Assembly (NCBI GenBank): GCA_012295275.1
Contig: CM022666.1
Location: 9,486,001 to 9,550,000, forward strand
Length of the DNA stretch: 64,000 nucleotides
Reading direction: 5' to 3'
Source: Chrysomallon squamiferum
Taxonomy: Eukaryota; Animalia; Mollusca
Part shown: positions 1 to 15,109 of the stretch, one piece after another
How the letters are laid out: each line of letters starts with the position of its first letter
How positions within the stretch are numbered: the stretch's first letter is position 1
Translations under genes and position numbers: made by a program
The notes under the pieces: model-generated
Databases searched by the model: none
The model's input: the letters and a program-made list of their open reading frames with translations, nothing else
Told to the model about the DNA's origin: nothing

Positions 1-120
1 GGAAACAGAGAGAGGAACAAACATGTACGTATTTATATATATGTATACATGCGTGCGTGCGTAGCTGCATGAGTACGTGTTTATATGGCTGGCTGTGTGA
101 GTATGTACACTAAAGTATAC

Positions 121-3100
121 CTCTTGCATTCTGTTAGCGATTCTCTTCACTTCTTTCTTGCCGATCTCGTGAACTTCCTCTGGTGTCATGTCAGTCGACA
201 AATGCCATTTGAGACACGCCTTGTAGTAGTCCGGCCCTTTTGGCCAGGCACCCACACCCCACTGTGGTCGAGTTCGAGGCAGGTACACCTGGAGAAAACA
301 AGAGGACATTATAATATACCTGTTTTCATTGTTTTGAGAAATGGTTCTAAATTCACCAGAAGTTATCTGAGATTTCTATGTAAAATCAAGAAATATGTCA
401 AAGTGCCTTAAATCTTTCATTTATTTATGTTTAAACTTTACTACTACTGCTGCTACTACTACCACCACCACCACCATCACTACAGCTACTACTACTACTG
501 CTAATTCTATTATGATTACCAGACCTACCACCCCTACTCCATGAATATAATTAGAATTTCTATTTCTACACTCGAATATTATATATGTACAACATAGATG
601 TAATGTTATGTCATAGTAGGTATCTACAAATGTAGATATAATTTTGTTATATTAGATATGTACAACATACGTAGATGTAATGTTATGTTATATTAAGTAC
701 GTACAATTAACGTAGATGTAATGTTATGTTACATAAAGTACGTACAATTAACGTAGATGTAATGTTATGTTACATAAAGTACGTACAATTAACGTAGATG
801 TAATGTTATGTTATATTAAGTATGTACAACATACGTAGATGTAATATTATGTTATATTAAGTATGTACAATTAACGTAATTGTAATGTTATGTTACATAA
901 AGTACGTACAATTAACGTAGATGTAATGTTATGTTATATTAAGTATGTACAACACACGTAGATGTAATGTTGTGTTATATTAAGTATGTACAACACACGT
1001 AGATGTAATGTTGTGTTATATTAAGTATGTACAACACACGTAGATGTAATGTTATGTTATATTATGTACGTACAATTAACGTAGATGTAATGTTGTGTTA
1101 TAGTAAGTATGTACAACACACGTAGATGTAATGTAATGTTATATTAAATATGTACAACACACGTAGATGTAATGTTATGTTATATTAAGTATGTACAACA
1201 CACGTAGATGTAATGTTGTGTTATATTAAGTATGTACAACACACGTAGATGTAATGTTATGTTATATTAAGTATGTACTTGCTCGTTCTAAGAATGTTTT
1301 CAGCTTTCTGTAAGCTTCCATAACGTTCCTGATAGCTGTAGCAGCTCGCTTTTGTAAACTGGCACTGAAATAAATGCATAAATAAATAAATAAATAATGG
1401 AAAATGAGTACAGAGCCAACTACATGAATAAATAGACATTTAGTAATACAGAGATACATAATAGAACAAAAAATAAAAATAAATAATTTTGTCAATTGTA
1501 CATTAAGAACAAAACATGGGTCTTTTTGGGGGGGATGAGGTGTTTGTTGGTTGTATTTATTTTTGGTCATTGTTTCGTTTTTCTAAACTCTTTTTATTAA
1601 TGTATTCTCTTTCTATTTCATATAAGTTTCTTCATTTATCTTCATTTCGGGGTTGGATGTATTGTGTTTCCATGGTTGAAATGCATTTTTGAAAGTGAAA
1701 TGAAAGTAGAAACGAAAGTGAAACTAACACAGCTGTGTGTGAGGCTTCGCGCAGGGTGTGTCTCACGTAGGTGAAGGGAATGTAGTAAGACGACTGCTCG
1801 ACACTTCTGCTGATAATTCTGTCTATCTGCTCCGGCACTTTTATCTGAAATATACAAAATAATAAATTTATATCATATTAAATACACAAAACATTAAAAA
1901 TAAACAACACTAAATACAGAATATATTACATATACACGACACATTAAATTTAAAACACATTAAATATACAACACACTAAATACACATTACATTAAATACA
2001 CAAAACACTAAATACAGAACATATTAAACATATAAAATACATTAAACATATAAAACACTAAGTACACAACACATTAGATATGCAACGTACTAAATACATG
2101 AATAGTTAATTTTACCAAATAAGTGTTTCATTCTTTGATTCATTTATCCAGTCTTCAGTCGATCCGTTCATATTTATTACTTACACGGAACACACATACA
2201 CAGATACATATATACATAATATTTATAATTTTATATACATATGCACATACAACACACACATACATGCACACGCTCAAACATACATAATACATGCGTACAC
2301 ATATATGTACAAAATATAGATTTTAAAATTATATACATATTTGTCTGTCTGTCTCCACGTCTATAAGAGAATATATAAAGCGACCTACAACTGAAACGTT
2401 GTGAAACGTGTGTTTGAGTCTTATTGCTTCCCGAAACATCACTTCGTAATCAGCCAGCTGAAAATAAAATAACACCAGTAATAACGTAGACAGAGCAATA
2501 ATAGCGGTAGTAGCAGTAATTATAGTAGTAGTAGTAGTAGTAGTGGAAGTAGCAGTGGTCGCAATAGTAGTAGTGCTAGTAGTAGTAGTGGTAGTAATGG
2601 TAATAGTGGTAGTACTAGTAGTTGTAGTAGCAGTAGCAGTAGCAGCGTAGTTATAGCAGTAGGAATATTAACAGTGATGGTTGTGTTAGTTGTGTTAGTT
2701 GTGATTGTAATAATAGTAATAACAGTGTAGTAGTAGTATCTCTAGAAACATTATCAACAAACACGAAATGTGTGGACAAATGTATCCAGTTGTCATCAAA
2801 TACTCAAACAGTTATACCTACGCAATTATGTATCTGTGTTTGTCTGTTTTTATACATTACAATTATCTGTTTCTTTATGTTTTTTCGATACTTCTTCTTG
2901 TTTCTTTTCCCACTTCTTCACACACACCCACACACACACAGACGGACACACTCATTCACTCATACACACACATAAACACACCCACAGACACATATAGACA
3001 TACACACAGACAAATACATACGGAATAGAGGTAGTAGCAGTAACAGAATAGCACCATTAATACTAATAAAAGTAGTAGTAGTAGTGGTAGAAGTTGTATA

Positions 3101-4815
3101 GTTGTTGTTGTAATAGTGATAGTAAGAATAGTCATAATAATAGTAGAAGACTTAGCAGTGATAACAGTAGTACGTATACCTATATCAATAGTAGTAACCG
3201 TAGCTGTAGTGATGGTAGTAGTAGTACTAGCAAAGGCCACAGTGGTGTTAGTAGTAAGTAGTAGTAGTAACACAGTATCAGCAGTAGTAGTATTAATAAT
3301 GGTAGTTGCAATAGTTGTATGTATGTATGTGTATATAATATATAATATATATATTGTATATCTGCAATTATTTATCTGTGTGTGTTTTTATGCATGTGAA
3401 ATTATTTGTTTCTTTTTGCTTCATTATACCTCTTCCTATATAATTTTCCCCGTTTTTCACACACACACATGCACGCACGCACACATGCACGCACGCACAC
3501 ATACATAGATGCACACACACGCCCACGAACGCATACACAATACACAACACACGCATACACAATACACAACACACACACGCACACCAATACATTCACGACA
3601 CAAACACATATATTTTTAATTACGTTAAACACGTCTTGTGTGATTTTAAATGCCTGTAAACGTGTTTTTAATGTGGATGATGGTAGGACTTAACCTGTTT
3701 AGGTCGTTTCTCCAGTCTAACAATGTAGTTTTCGTAATCACCCTGCGTGTCAAAGGGTGTGGCCCCCACCTCGACATACGGGTCAATGTGATTCCCTTCT
3801 AAAAAACTCAGTGGATTCAGACCGCCGTATCTATGGAAACAAAATATCACAAACAACATCAACAAATTATGATTACCATGGATATAAAACTGCAACTGAC
3901 AGTTATTTCAGTGTGGTAACAATTTGAACCTACAGTATATGTAAATAAAATCATAATGATAGAAAATTGTACTTTCTGACAAGCGGACTGGTTAGAACCA
4001 GTACTTGAAACATTAAAGTAACCTATACATTTTTATTATCTGTAACAACGGAGACATTATATTTAAATTATCTTCTCTTTCATTTTTAAATTTTTTTTAT
4101 TTCAGGTATATAATTTAAAAAATTAGTATTAAAATGATGAATGTAATAAATATTTGTTATTAATGCATTAAAATTATTAAGATTACTGTTTTATAATATT
4201 TAATTCGAAGGTCTATTATATAAACATTGTAACTATAAAATTTTATAATGAAAATGAACAGTATAATTAAAAAAACCCAATAATTAACTCATTATAATGA
4301 TAAAAATAAAAATAATAATAACAATAACAATTACGTGACCTATATAATATTTATAAATTATATTACAGTTATATAGCATAATTACTTACGTGATGTAACA
4401 ATCCACATTAAATTTCCAGATTATATAAAATTACGCATTATAATTATAAAAACATACGCATTAAAATTACTTACAATCTCCACTCATATCCATCTAGAAA
4501 CGTCTGCATTGTGTCCTCCAAAATCTGGTAATTGATCCAATCTGACTTGCTCATCCCTGTCGTGTTCAAACTACGTAAGTACCTCATGAAACCTTCCACC
4601 TTCAGCTACAACAACAACGTCATCACATTTAAACATGGTGTCTTGGTAAAGGAGATACGCAGGTGGGCAGATATAAACGAATGATGCATGGATGGATAGA
4701 TAGATTAAACAGAGAGACAAACAGGTAGATGATAGATTTAAACAGATCGATAGTAGGATGGATAGATGGATGGATGGTTGGATGGCAAGATAGATAGCTA
4801 GATAGCTAGACATAG

Positions 4816-4889
<74 letters not shown>

Positions 4890-5711
4890 TCTGACCGATA
4901 GACAGAAAGAGAGAATGACAGAAAGACTGAACCAGCGACTGGACGGTGTTATTATGAGAGGTGTGCGAGAGAAAAAGGCTAGTACTGACTCTACAAATCG
5001 TTCTTACTGTTAAAAATAAAAAGAAAAAGAAAACAAAAAGACGAAAATAAGCAAGTATTATAAAGCAGATATGTTTCAGTTGGTACGCTGCCTAGGTAAA
5101 TAAAAGAATCCTCATCAGGTTTGTACTCAGCTTGATGATTTTTACGACCCCAAGTACAGCTAGTCTGGCTTGTTATCTGTAAACTGTACTTGAAAAACTA
5201 GTAAATTATACTTGAAAAACTAGTAAATTGTACTTGACAAAATTAGTTAACTCTACTTCAGAAAACTTGTAAACTTGACAAAACTAGTAAACTATTCTTG
5301 ACAAAACTAGTTAACGCTTCTTAACAAAATTAGTAAACTTACTGTCAAAACTAGTAAACTCTGCTTGACAAAACTAGTAAACTTTAATTGACAAAACTAG
5401 TAAATTGTACTTGAAAAAACTAGATACCTGTCTACATTATGACAAAGGTAGAAAAGTGTGTTTACTTCTCAGTGTTAGTTAGAAAACTGATGTTGTCGGA
5501 GAACGAGCTATCAGAACCCAACTCCAGCAACACTGACATCACCACCGTGCTGACGTGACAGGGTGTAACACTGATCTGATGTAGAATGACGTCAGTTTAA
5601 CAAATCATTAGTAATGTTAGCTTTTTCACACTACACCTCTTTCTAGCTACACACTTTATATAGTGGAATCGTTGTTCTTTTTTTGTGTTTTATTATTATT
5701 ACTATTATTAC

Positions 5712-5744
<33 letters not shown>

Positions 5745-7256
5745 CAAGGTTATCGAAGAAACGGGTTATAGCTCGAAGTCAGAGGATTTACCCAAGGTTT
5801 GAAGACTTCAGCATCAATCTTCAGTGATGCTGCTTTGGACTGTTCCTGTTCCACTCAAAGATTAGTGATACTGACTATGTTGTAAGTGTTAAGAATAACA
5901 TGTAAGTGTTCCTTAATAATAAACTTAACTCTTAGAGCATAGGGAATTTTCGTCACGAAGTGTATAATTATATCCCATTTTATCACCATCAGTCTCGTAG
6001 TTATTATCATTATCATAATTATCATCATAATCATCGTCATTGTCAATATCCTCGTTATTGTTAATGTTATCTAAAAGTCAAAATCAAATGACTACTCTTT
6101 CTAAAACTACTTAATGTTTTCAACATCTAACGTGAGTCACAGTCTACAAATTACTAGAACTTCAATCAAAACTTACGCGTCATGTGCACTTAAAACAAAC
6201 CTCACGTTACAAATATATCAGTCATAAAATACTCGTTACAAGTACTTCAGTCCAACCTGGATGTGACAACTACTCGAAGAACAATCTACACGTTACAAAA
6301 GGAATTCGATCACAACATATACGTTACAAGTGTGATCTCACCTTTCTGGTCTGTTGTTTTCTCAGGGTGAACGACTCAAGTCGGTCGTTGTATTTGTAAA
6401 CTCCGAGGTGAGTAGCGAATTCTGGCGAATCCTCCAGTCTCCACGTGTAGAAACTTCGACTCAATATGGCCAAGTCTCGGTGTGGATCTCCTGTTGATTA
6501 ATGTTAAATATATCTAATTAACTATCTAAATCACTGTATTTAATGATTTGTCTTTTACGTTTTACCTATTAAATAATTAGTTGTATGATTTTAAGTAATA
6601 CCTATATATTAAATTGTATGCATTAAATAAGAGGTATATACTGAACATTAAATTAATTACACGTGTTAAAGTCTGTGGTGTATGTATTTAAAAAAAATAT
6701 GTAGTTTCATTTGTATATATATATATATATGTATGTATGTATATACTGTATTTTAAATTATACATATTAAATGAGATGTCTGCATTGTATATTAACTTGT
6801 ATGTAATAAATAAGAAATACTGACTGTATATTATATATTTTTGTGTTAAAATAATGAAATATGTAATACTTTGTACGCATTAAGTATCTCTTACATGCTA
6901 AACTGAATGTATTTAATTACAAAGTATTTAAATTTCTGCCCTAAAGGACATTTATATTGAGTTACACGAATTAACTGACAAGCGTATTAAAGTGAGTATT
7001 TAAATGTACGTATAAATTAACTTGGGTTGAATTGAACATATTGAAAAACATTAAATTTAAATTACGTATTAAATAATTTGTATCAAACTGTGCATGCTGT
7101 ATAAAAGAAATTTAAATTATGTATTAAATGATTGTGTATTAACAGATACAACATATAATAAATGTTTTGTTGGATGTAAAAGGCGGGTTTGTCTCACCTG
7201 CAACTTGTTTAGAAACAAACTGAATAAGCAGGACAATCCAGCTCAGTTCGACTATT
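121..7256 (-). CDS. DUF885-family secreted protein, 5' part (8 exons seen; continues beyond the left edge; ATG exon not located)
   Basis: Phase-consistent exons in transcript order: 7256-7198 (IVELSWIVLLIQFVSKQVAG, signal-peptide-like), 6490-6342 (FYTWRLEDSPEFATHLGVYKYNDRLESFT), 4605-4475, 3830-3695 (PFDTQGDYENYIVRLEKRPKQ), 2457-2389, 1844-1729, 1364-1283 (AATAIRNVMEAYRKLKTFLER), 288-121 (YLPRTRPQWGVGAWPKGPDYYKACLKWHLSTDMTPEEVHEIGKKEVKRI). These motifs match the DUF885 pattern as I recall it; no HMM was run. Confidence 0.88.
590..1278. repeat. Minisatellite, ~41-42 bp unit (gtagatgtaatgttatgttatattaagtatgtacaacacac)
   Basis: About 16 visible tandem copies in a DUF885 intron, ending at the splice donor. 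Confidence 0.95.
4790..4889. repeat. (GATA)n microsatellite
   Basis: Seen directly in the sequence. Confidence 0.95.
5178..5424. repeat. Minisatellite, ~23 bp unit (ttgacaaaactagtaaactgtac-like)
   Basis: Degenerate tandem copies in a DUF885 intron. Confidence 0.9.
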
Positions 7257-10067
7257 CTGAAATAAAGCAATTTAAAGTTTATTAACAACAGGTAAAACAA
7301 TGTGGAAGACTTTGTATACAGTTATGATAACAGTGAGAATTGCGTAATTTTCATAATAAGTTTTACGTTTCTGATCGTATTTCTCACAAACTTGTAATCA
7401 CACTCATAATATTACTTTCTGATCTCTCTCTCTCTCTCTAAAAAGTAATCACTCTCGTGTTGTAGATTGATGATTTCTTGTGTCTATCTTTCTCTATATG
7501 CTGTCTTTTTTTCTGTCTCTCTCTTTTAGTGTTTATATAAATCTTCTCCCTGTATTTCTCTCTCTCATATAAGTTTCACATCGTATCTTGGCAGCAGGAA
7601 ATGTCAACATCTGTAAGTACTTAACGGTGTAATATTGTTTATTCAGAACAGTCACTTACAAATCTAGAGTTTTCACTGAGGTATACTTTAATATGTTGTC
7701 AATGTATAAGGTTTATTTCTATAGTAAACAAATCTTAACCTTTTCTGAATTCTCAGACTTGTTAATCTCGTTTACAAAATGTAGCTGTATAAAGTGTATG
7801 TATATATGTACGTGTGTATATGTGCATGCATGCTTTCATTCATGTGCTTGATTCATGTATATGTATATGTATATATATATATATGAATGTATGTGTGTGT
7901 GTGTATGTATGTGTGTGTTTTATGTATGTATTACTATATATTTATGTATGTCTGTATGTGTTTGTACATCTCTGTGTTTATATTATTGTTACAACAGTCG
8001 TTGTTTTACTCAGTGCCAAGTTTTCATTCCAGTTATAAAAAATGGCCAAAATTTATTATTTTTGCCTTTTTCCTTCATTTACATTTTCATTTCACCAAGC
8101 ACTATAAACACATCTACACTCTTGTTGTGTATTCCAGAACAGTGGTAATAGGATATCTTTACATAGCTCAAGTGTAATTTAATTTTGTTTTCGTAACTGC
8201 AGAAAAAAACCCAGTTATAATATATTGCTGATGTATTTTATCGCGCGTCTTTGAAACGATAAAAATAAACACTGTTAGAGCTATTTTTGGCACTAGACAT
8301 CTAACAGCAGAGAGAATAAAGTGAAACATATTTTTATCACTGTAGGTAGAAGATTAATTTGATATTAAAGCTTACTTCATATATTAATCTCCCTCTGTCT
8401 GTCTCTTTATCCATCTACATGCATTCTTATCAATCTACCAAGCTTCAAATCATTATATTTGCCCATCTTTTCTTCTATCTTTATGTGTATGTGTATTTAT
8501 ATGTGTGTCTACCTTTCTCTCTATAGCTGTCTATGCTTGTATTTCTGTCGTGTGCTTTTTCATTCCTTATGTTTTTAATTAATATTCTTAATATAGTTCA
8601 TTCGCCTAGTGTTTTGGTTTTGTTGTAAACTGCTCCCCTGCACGTGAACATTTTTCTGGGTCAGTTATACGACTTTTTTTTTTTAAATTTATTTATACTC
8701 AATCTGAATAACATTTTTTACTTTTTAATATTTTTTAATACTATAATAATTATTTGTTTTAGAGATAATCAGAGAAAGATTAAATCGATATAAAAATTGA
8801 TTTTAGTGCATTATATTTTCGTTGTTTTCGACATCATCATTATGGCCATCATCATTGTTCTTACTGAGGTTGTTGTGGTGGTTAGTGGTGTTGTTTCTGT
8901 TGGTTTCCTGTATTACTTGTTCTCTTTCAATTAATATTTTTTGTTCGCCTTAGACTTTTCATTCAACTTATGAAGTTATGTTACTTTTGTTCTTCTGTTG
9001 CTTGGAGTAAGTTGTTTTTGTTGTTATCGTGTACTATTTGTTATCGCCATGTTATTTTCTTTACCTATCCGTGACAGAATACACAAAACAGTTTCATCAA
9101 CAGAACGTTAATCTACATTCCCATACATGTGTGCCCGGCATTTGTTTATTATTTCCTTTCACCCGATTGTTTTCTTGTTTCCACTGGTGAATGCGCAGGC
9201 CAGATGCAAAAGCTATTTTCTAAACGAATTGCATCATTCAGTGGAAATAAGCGGTTCTTGACCTCGAGCCAAATAGACCTCGTTTAGCTCGGTGACTGGG
9301 TGTACTTCAGCAAGAATCTGCACCAAGTGACGAAACACAAGAAGCGAGAGGTATGCACGTTTAATGGGAAAATCTCCTCTGCGACTTAACGAGCCATGTA
9401 CAATGACGTGCGTAGCCGCTCGAAGGCGTTTGGGGAAAACGAAGATTAGCGCTTAGAGAATAGTCTCGTTAACAGATATGATGGCGCGTCTGTTACGAAG
9501 CGAAAAACCGAAAAAAAAAAAAAAAATTGGTGAAAGATTTTCCTTATTTTTTATTTTTTTTCTTTTTTTTTTTTTTTGAAAGTTTAATGGTGCGTTTTTT
9601 TTTTGTGTTTTTTTTTTGGTTTTTTTTTCTATATCGATCTTGTATTGAGGCCAAATTCTCATAAGGAAAAGATTCAGGTTTCAGTTAGCTGTTTCATCCG
9701 TTAGAATCGCGCGTTTCACAAAGCTTCCTGACTTGAATCAATTACATATGGATGAACTGGGTCATTTTAGTCCAGTAAGAAATAAGAAAAAAATCAGATG
9801 TAACGACAGCTAACAAATATTACATTAATTTATCCAACTGGTCCTTGTCGCATGCGGATCCCGGGACAGTTTTATTTGCTGGTCCCTCTTTACTCCCCTT
9901 TCTGCATCACTGGTTAAGAAAGCCATATAAGAGATTCAACATCACGATCTATTGTCCTCTGGGTGATCTCTGGACAGTTACTTTTACTGCCCCAATTCTT
10001 CTTTATTTATGTTAATTTTTTTGTTTATAGAACATAGTACCCTACAAAGCAGGATCTAATTTCTAAC

Positions 10068-10129
<62 letters not shown>

Positions 10130-11330
10130 AAAGAGGCGGGTGAATAATACAACGGTTTATTCATTCACTCCAAATCTACTATCACAAATGTCTGTTTTTA
10201 TTTACACTAAGAAGTTTATCGGACGTTTGTTGATAACTTCATCTTTATAATTACACTATTATTTGATAAAATTAATCTGGTGATCTTGTACTAAAATGTT
10301 ATTATTGTTGCTAACGTATTAAGTTTTCGGGTGCTAACAAGTTCTGTTTTGTTTTTTGTATTGCATCATCCACCGACGTCACGTACGTAGAAAGCATAAA
10401 AACGTTCATTCACCTCCATTTGTTTACTTCTGTCCACTTAAATTCCTCCGGTGATTAGCGCACGTCACTCACATTTTTCTATCTGCTAATTGTTAACTCA
10501 GACCACGTTTAGATTACACGTCATTTGTAAAACCAAAAGAAACACTCTATTAGTGTGTCTCTGTATTAACTACATTCCTTTGATTTGTTACTTCTTGTTC
10601 TTCACGTTTTTTTGTTTTTTCTTTCCTTTCTACTAACTTCTGGTAAATATACATTCTACTTTTTATACTTCTTGCACGTTGTAATTCTTGTTCTACTTGC
10701 ACTTCATGTTATGTTATAATTCTTGTTCTATTTCTGCTTCTAGTTCTCATTGTTTTGCATGCAATAATTATTGTTCAGTTAGTTTTTATTTTCCTTCTTC
10801 TACTATACACTGTTCTTTTTCACATCTTCTGGTTCGTGTACTAATTCTATTTTATCGTACTTACTTGATTCTGTTTTCTACTACTTTATTTTTCTTTCCG
10901 TATTCTTTTCCATTCGTCTACAACTTTAAGTTATGTTTTTTGTTACTATTTTGTTGTTTTATGTAGAGATACGCAAGAAAGAGATTGTTGTAGATAAATC
11001 AACAAGGTAACGACTGTGTAACGACAACCAGACCGTGAAATTAACTCATCTGCATCAGATAGAGTGCTAGTACGTCACGTGATCATGGTGAAAGAGTGGG
11101 CTGTACTCGATGGCGCCAAAACATCTCGCGCTACTCTTGGTGCTACTAGAAAGGTTTTTTTTTAGTACGCGTACTGACGTGACGTAGTATTTTGATTGAG
11201 TAATATTGTGAGAGAGATAATAGTGTGAATGTAATGTTTTTTGTTTAACAGTGTCTGCGTTTTGCTTGGTATGTGTATTGCGGTGTATGAATGTGTGCGT
11301 ATATATATATCACAGAGAGTATTTATCTTT

Positions 11331-11365
<35 letters not shown>

Positions 11366-11697
11366 ACTACAAATATGTTTGTATATTTGATTATATAGGC
11401 ACGAGTGTACGTGGAATTAGAACCTGACTATATATATATATATATATATATATATGACATAATAACACGTGTGAATGTGTGTAGAACACATACATATAAC
11501 TACAGATATCACATACTTTACAAATGTTCCTACACTTATACACATACATGCGTGCATATGTCATAAATACACATACACGTACGTATGCACACACAAATAC
11601 ACATATAAGCACATACATATTTGCATATATACTACATACGTACATACATCCATACATACACACACTTTTATACAAAAGTACACATACACATACATAC

Positions 11698-11742
<45 letters not shown>

Positions 11743-12049
11743 CACACGCCCGCATACATACACATAAATTGGTAATTAAAAAAAATAATAACTACCTGTG
11801 CATGATCATCTTTGTAAATTTCTTTTTACTTCTTCTTTTTTTCTTTTACGTCACAGTTGTCTACCTTTTGAAATTCTTCTGCGTTTCCTCGCAAGAGTCA
11901 GTATTACAATAACAGTTTCCTTCCCGCTTCAGTTTTTCAGTGTTTCCTCTCTTCTCGTGTTACGGACACTTAAGTCACACGTCTGTGGTGTGGAATAATG
12001 AATACGTATGTTTCTGTTAAAGCAGTACGAGAAGGCTTCTTTTAAAAGA

Positions 12050-12310
12050 CAATGACACTTTATCTTTACTGGGCCATAAAGACAACAATATCCTTTATAA
12101 ATGTTCTTATTGTAAATACGACAGATCCTTCGTATGATACCGTATTATTAATGCGACAGTATCCTTCGTAAGTGACCGTATTGTTAATGCGACAGTATCC
12201 TTCGTAAGCGACCGTATTGTTAATACGACTAAGTCTTTGTAAGTGATCGTATTATTAATACGATAGTATCCTTCGTACTCACTTTATTGTTAATTCACAA
12301 TATCTTTTAT
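12050..12310. repeat. Minisatellite, ~36 bp unit (gtatccttcgtaagtgaccgtattgttaatgcgaca)
   Basis: Degenerate tandem copies. Confidence 0.85.
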
Positions 12311-12857
12311 ACGTAAACTCTAGAGATGAGTTATATCCTTTCCATTTACAAATTAATTACATTCTTCGTAAATTGTTACAAAACAGTGTTATCTTTATCC
12401 TTCAGAAGATATTATAGATCTGTAGTATTGTGCTTTACACATCAAAAAATTTGTGAGTCGTAAAAATACAACTCACTTATAGCAACAGAATTCTTCACAG
12501 CTGTGAGTTTTACCAAAAAATATTTATACATACACTCCTGGTTAAATTATTAAATGGTTTTTAATAACACAACACGATACACACAACCACGTCAAACAAG
12601 CAATATCCCAAAGTAGACGTGAGAGAAGCGGGGTCGTCCCAGACAAGAACGGTATGCTGCAGAGTGAACGGTGCCACCTGCAGAGCTAGCCAGCACCGAT
12701 TTGTCAGTGGAAAATATCAGTTACACGCAGCGAGTGGTCGAAAAAGCAGCACCAGTAGACGTAACGTAGTCTTAGTACGCACAGCACGTGTTTGTCGTGT
12801 GATTTGATTTAGATAACGTAACAACAGCACAGAAATGTTTAGACAAAGACGTTAACG

Positions 12858-12895
<38 letters not shown>

Positions 12896-14306
12896 CTCTC
12901 TTCTCACATACATTGACTATTTCTCGCTTCATCACCATCATAAATTTTTATTATTATAATTATTTTCCCCATTTAACTCGAAAGTCAGTTGTTACAGAGT
13001 GAACTAAAGTCCAGGTCAGCTTTTGTTAAATAACATAGTTTGTGACCTTTACAAATACATGCTGTCTGATTAACAAAACAAATTTAGCATATCTCTTTTT
13101 ACAGTGTCCATTCATTCACTGACGGAATTATTGCCCTTTTATTTGTGTGTCCTGTTCAAGTGAAGTAAATGTCTCTTTATAAAACCAATCAAAAAATCGC
13201 TTTCTTTAAGAATTGAAACAAAACTAACAATTGATAATAAATCTATTTTCTGTTGTGTTTTTTTTTTTTAATTATTATTATCATCATCAGCATTATCATT
13301 ATTATTATAACTAATATTAAATTTTGTTATTATTATTTCAGTCATCATCATCGTCATTATTATTATTATTATTACTGTTGTTGTTGCTGTTGTAATTGTT
13401 CATTATTCTTTTATTTATTTATTTTGACGGTTTCTTCTTCTTCTTTTTCATTACAGCTCATCCAAGCATTCTCTTATGAGTAAATATTTAAACTGTTAGA
13501 GATACAGAAAGACAGACAAACAAAATGTATCAGCAATATAATTAAAGACGTTTTCGAATGTTTCATAGAAATACTTAAACTTCAACAAAAAACAAACACA
13601 AATCCCCTGAAATTCTTTACTCTGAATTGAGCGCACTATATTTCTTGGCGTAACATGATACATTATGATTAGATCAGCATTTTACAAATAACTCACATAA
13701 TATGAGTTTACCAAGCTTCGCGCTTTTTCTGTATTTCTGAAATTTCTGTATTACAGAATAAGACAGGAAACTTGATTGATGCTAAGATAATTTTGCTCTG
13801 TTTCTTTCACGCAAAGTTTCGACTTAAAACATAAACATTGTTATCAGTTAAGTTGTTTTGCACGTGCTTTAAGCAGACGGACAAACGGATATTATTGTGA
13901 AAACAGATTTGAGAAAATAAAGGCCATGATTCACGTTACTAGAATAGAAACATAAACAAAGAATAAGCTAAATAAATGAACAACAGATATAATAAATATA
14001 TAAATTAATTAAAGAATTTATTATTATAAATAATTAATTAATTAATACTAATTTTTTATGTATATATGTAGGCCTACACGATCACGTCATTTTTAACGGA
14101 TCATTACATTCTGTCTTACTTATTACCTTACGACGTCACAGAAGGTATATCTAGCTGTTCTTTAGTTGATGGGGGAAAGTTTTAGTATGGAAATTAATGT
14201 GGAACAAATATATTACATTCAATGGAAAAGAGAACGATTTAAAAAAAAAAGGAGAATGACAGGAAAAGTTATTAAGAGTTTAGTTGGGGAGGGGTATTTT
14301 TTATTT

Positions 14307-14341
<35 letters not shown>

Positions 14342-14439
14342 TTTTTTTTTTTTTTTTACTATTATTATTACTTTTTTTTTTTTTTTTTTTTTGTCCGGTG
14401 CCAAAGGTTGAGAGATTGTAAGAGGTGTAACAGATTTTA

Positions 14440-14482
<43 letters not shown>

Positions 14483-15109
14483 TACTGAGAAACCCCCTTA
14501 CTGCTGATGTTACTGTTAATTATTTGATCTTGTTCTTTCGTTTTGTTTTTAATGTCTCACTGGATACTACAGACATTCCGCTATATCTGTACCTCTATTT
14601 TATTTATAACGTTAATTTGTCAGTAAATTCTATTTTAAAACAATTTAAATTAACATGTATTTTAACATACCATACCTATATTCCAAGATTTCCTTTGTGT
14701 AAAGGATATGCATAAACTGTTGCGAATTTCAGTTATGTGTAGGAAAAAACCGTTAAATATATTTTGTATATGGAGAATGTTTTGGATTATAAACTTGTAG
14801 CTACTAGGCAAACCTCCAAATTAAGAGTCTTCAAAATTGTTACTTTTGGTAGACATTGACCTTGTGTACTTTTTGACAGGTTTTTCGCTTACGCCGTCCT
14901 GTGGCTTAACCAACTATGCAACGTTAATAAGCGATTTAAAAGGTCTGTCACATTTTTCTATAAATAAGAGTTGATATAATAGGATTAAAGGAAAAAATTA
15001 TAACTAATATTTTATTGCCATACATTAGTAATGGTAAATATTTGTCAACTGGAACTAAATAAAATAATTATTTTGATATAGTACGTTACATGTCCTCGTT
15101 CTTATTACA

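Noticed and set aside
5750-5860. Minus-strand peptide SLKIDAEVFKPW resembling a PAM2 motif or retroelement gag fragment
   Set aside because: Short, with no splice context, and the neighbouring DUF885 exons join without it. Likely chance.
7560-7790. Candidate ATG-bearing first exon of the DUF885 gene
   Set aside because: None of the AG/GT-bounded candidates gives an ATG in the phase required by exon 7256-7198.
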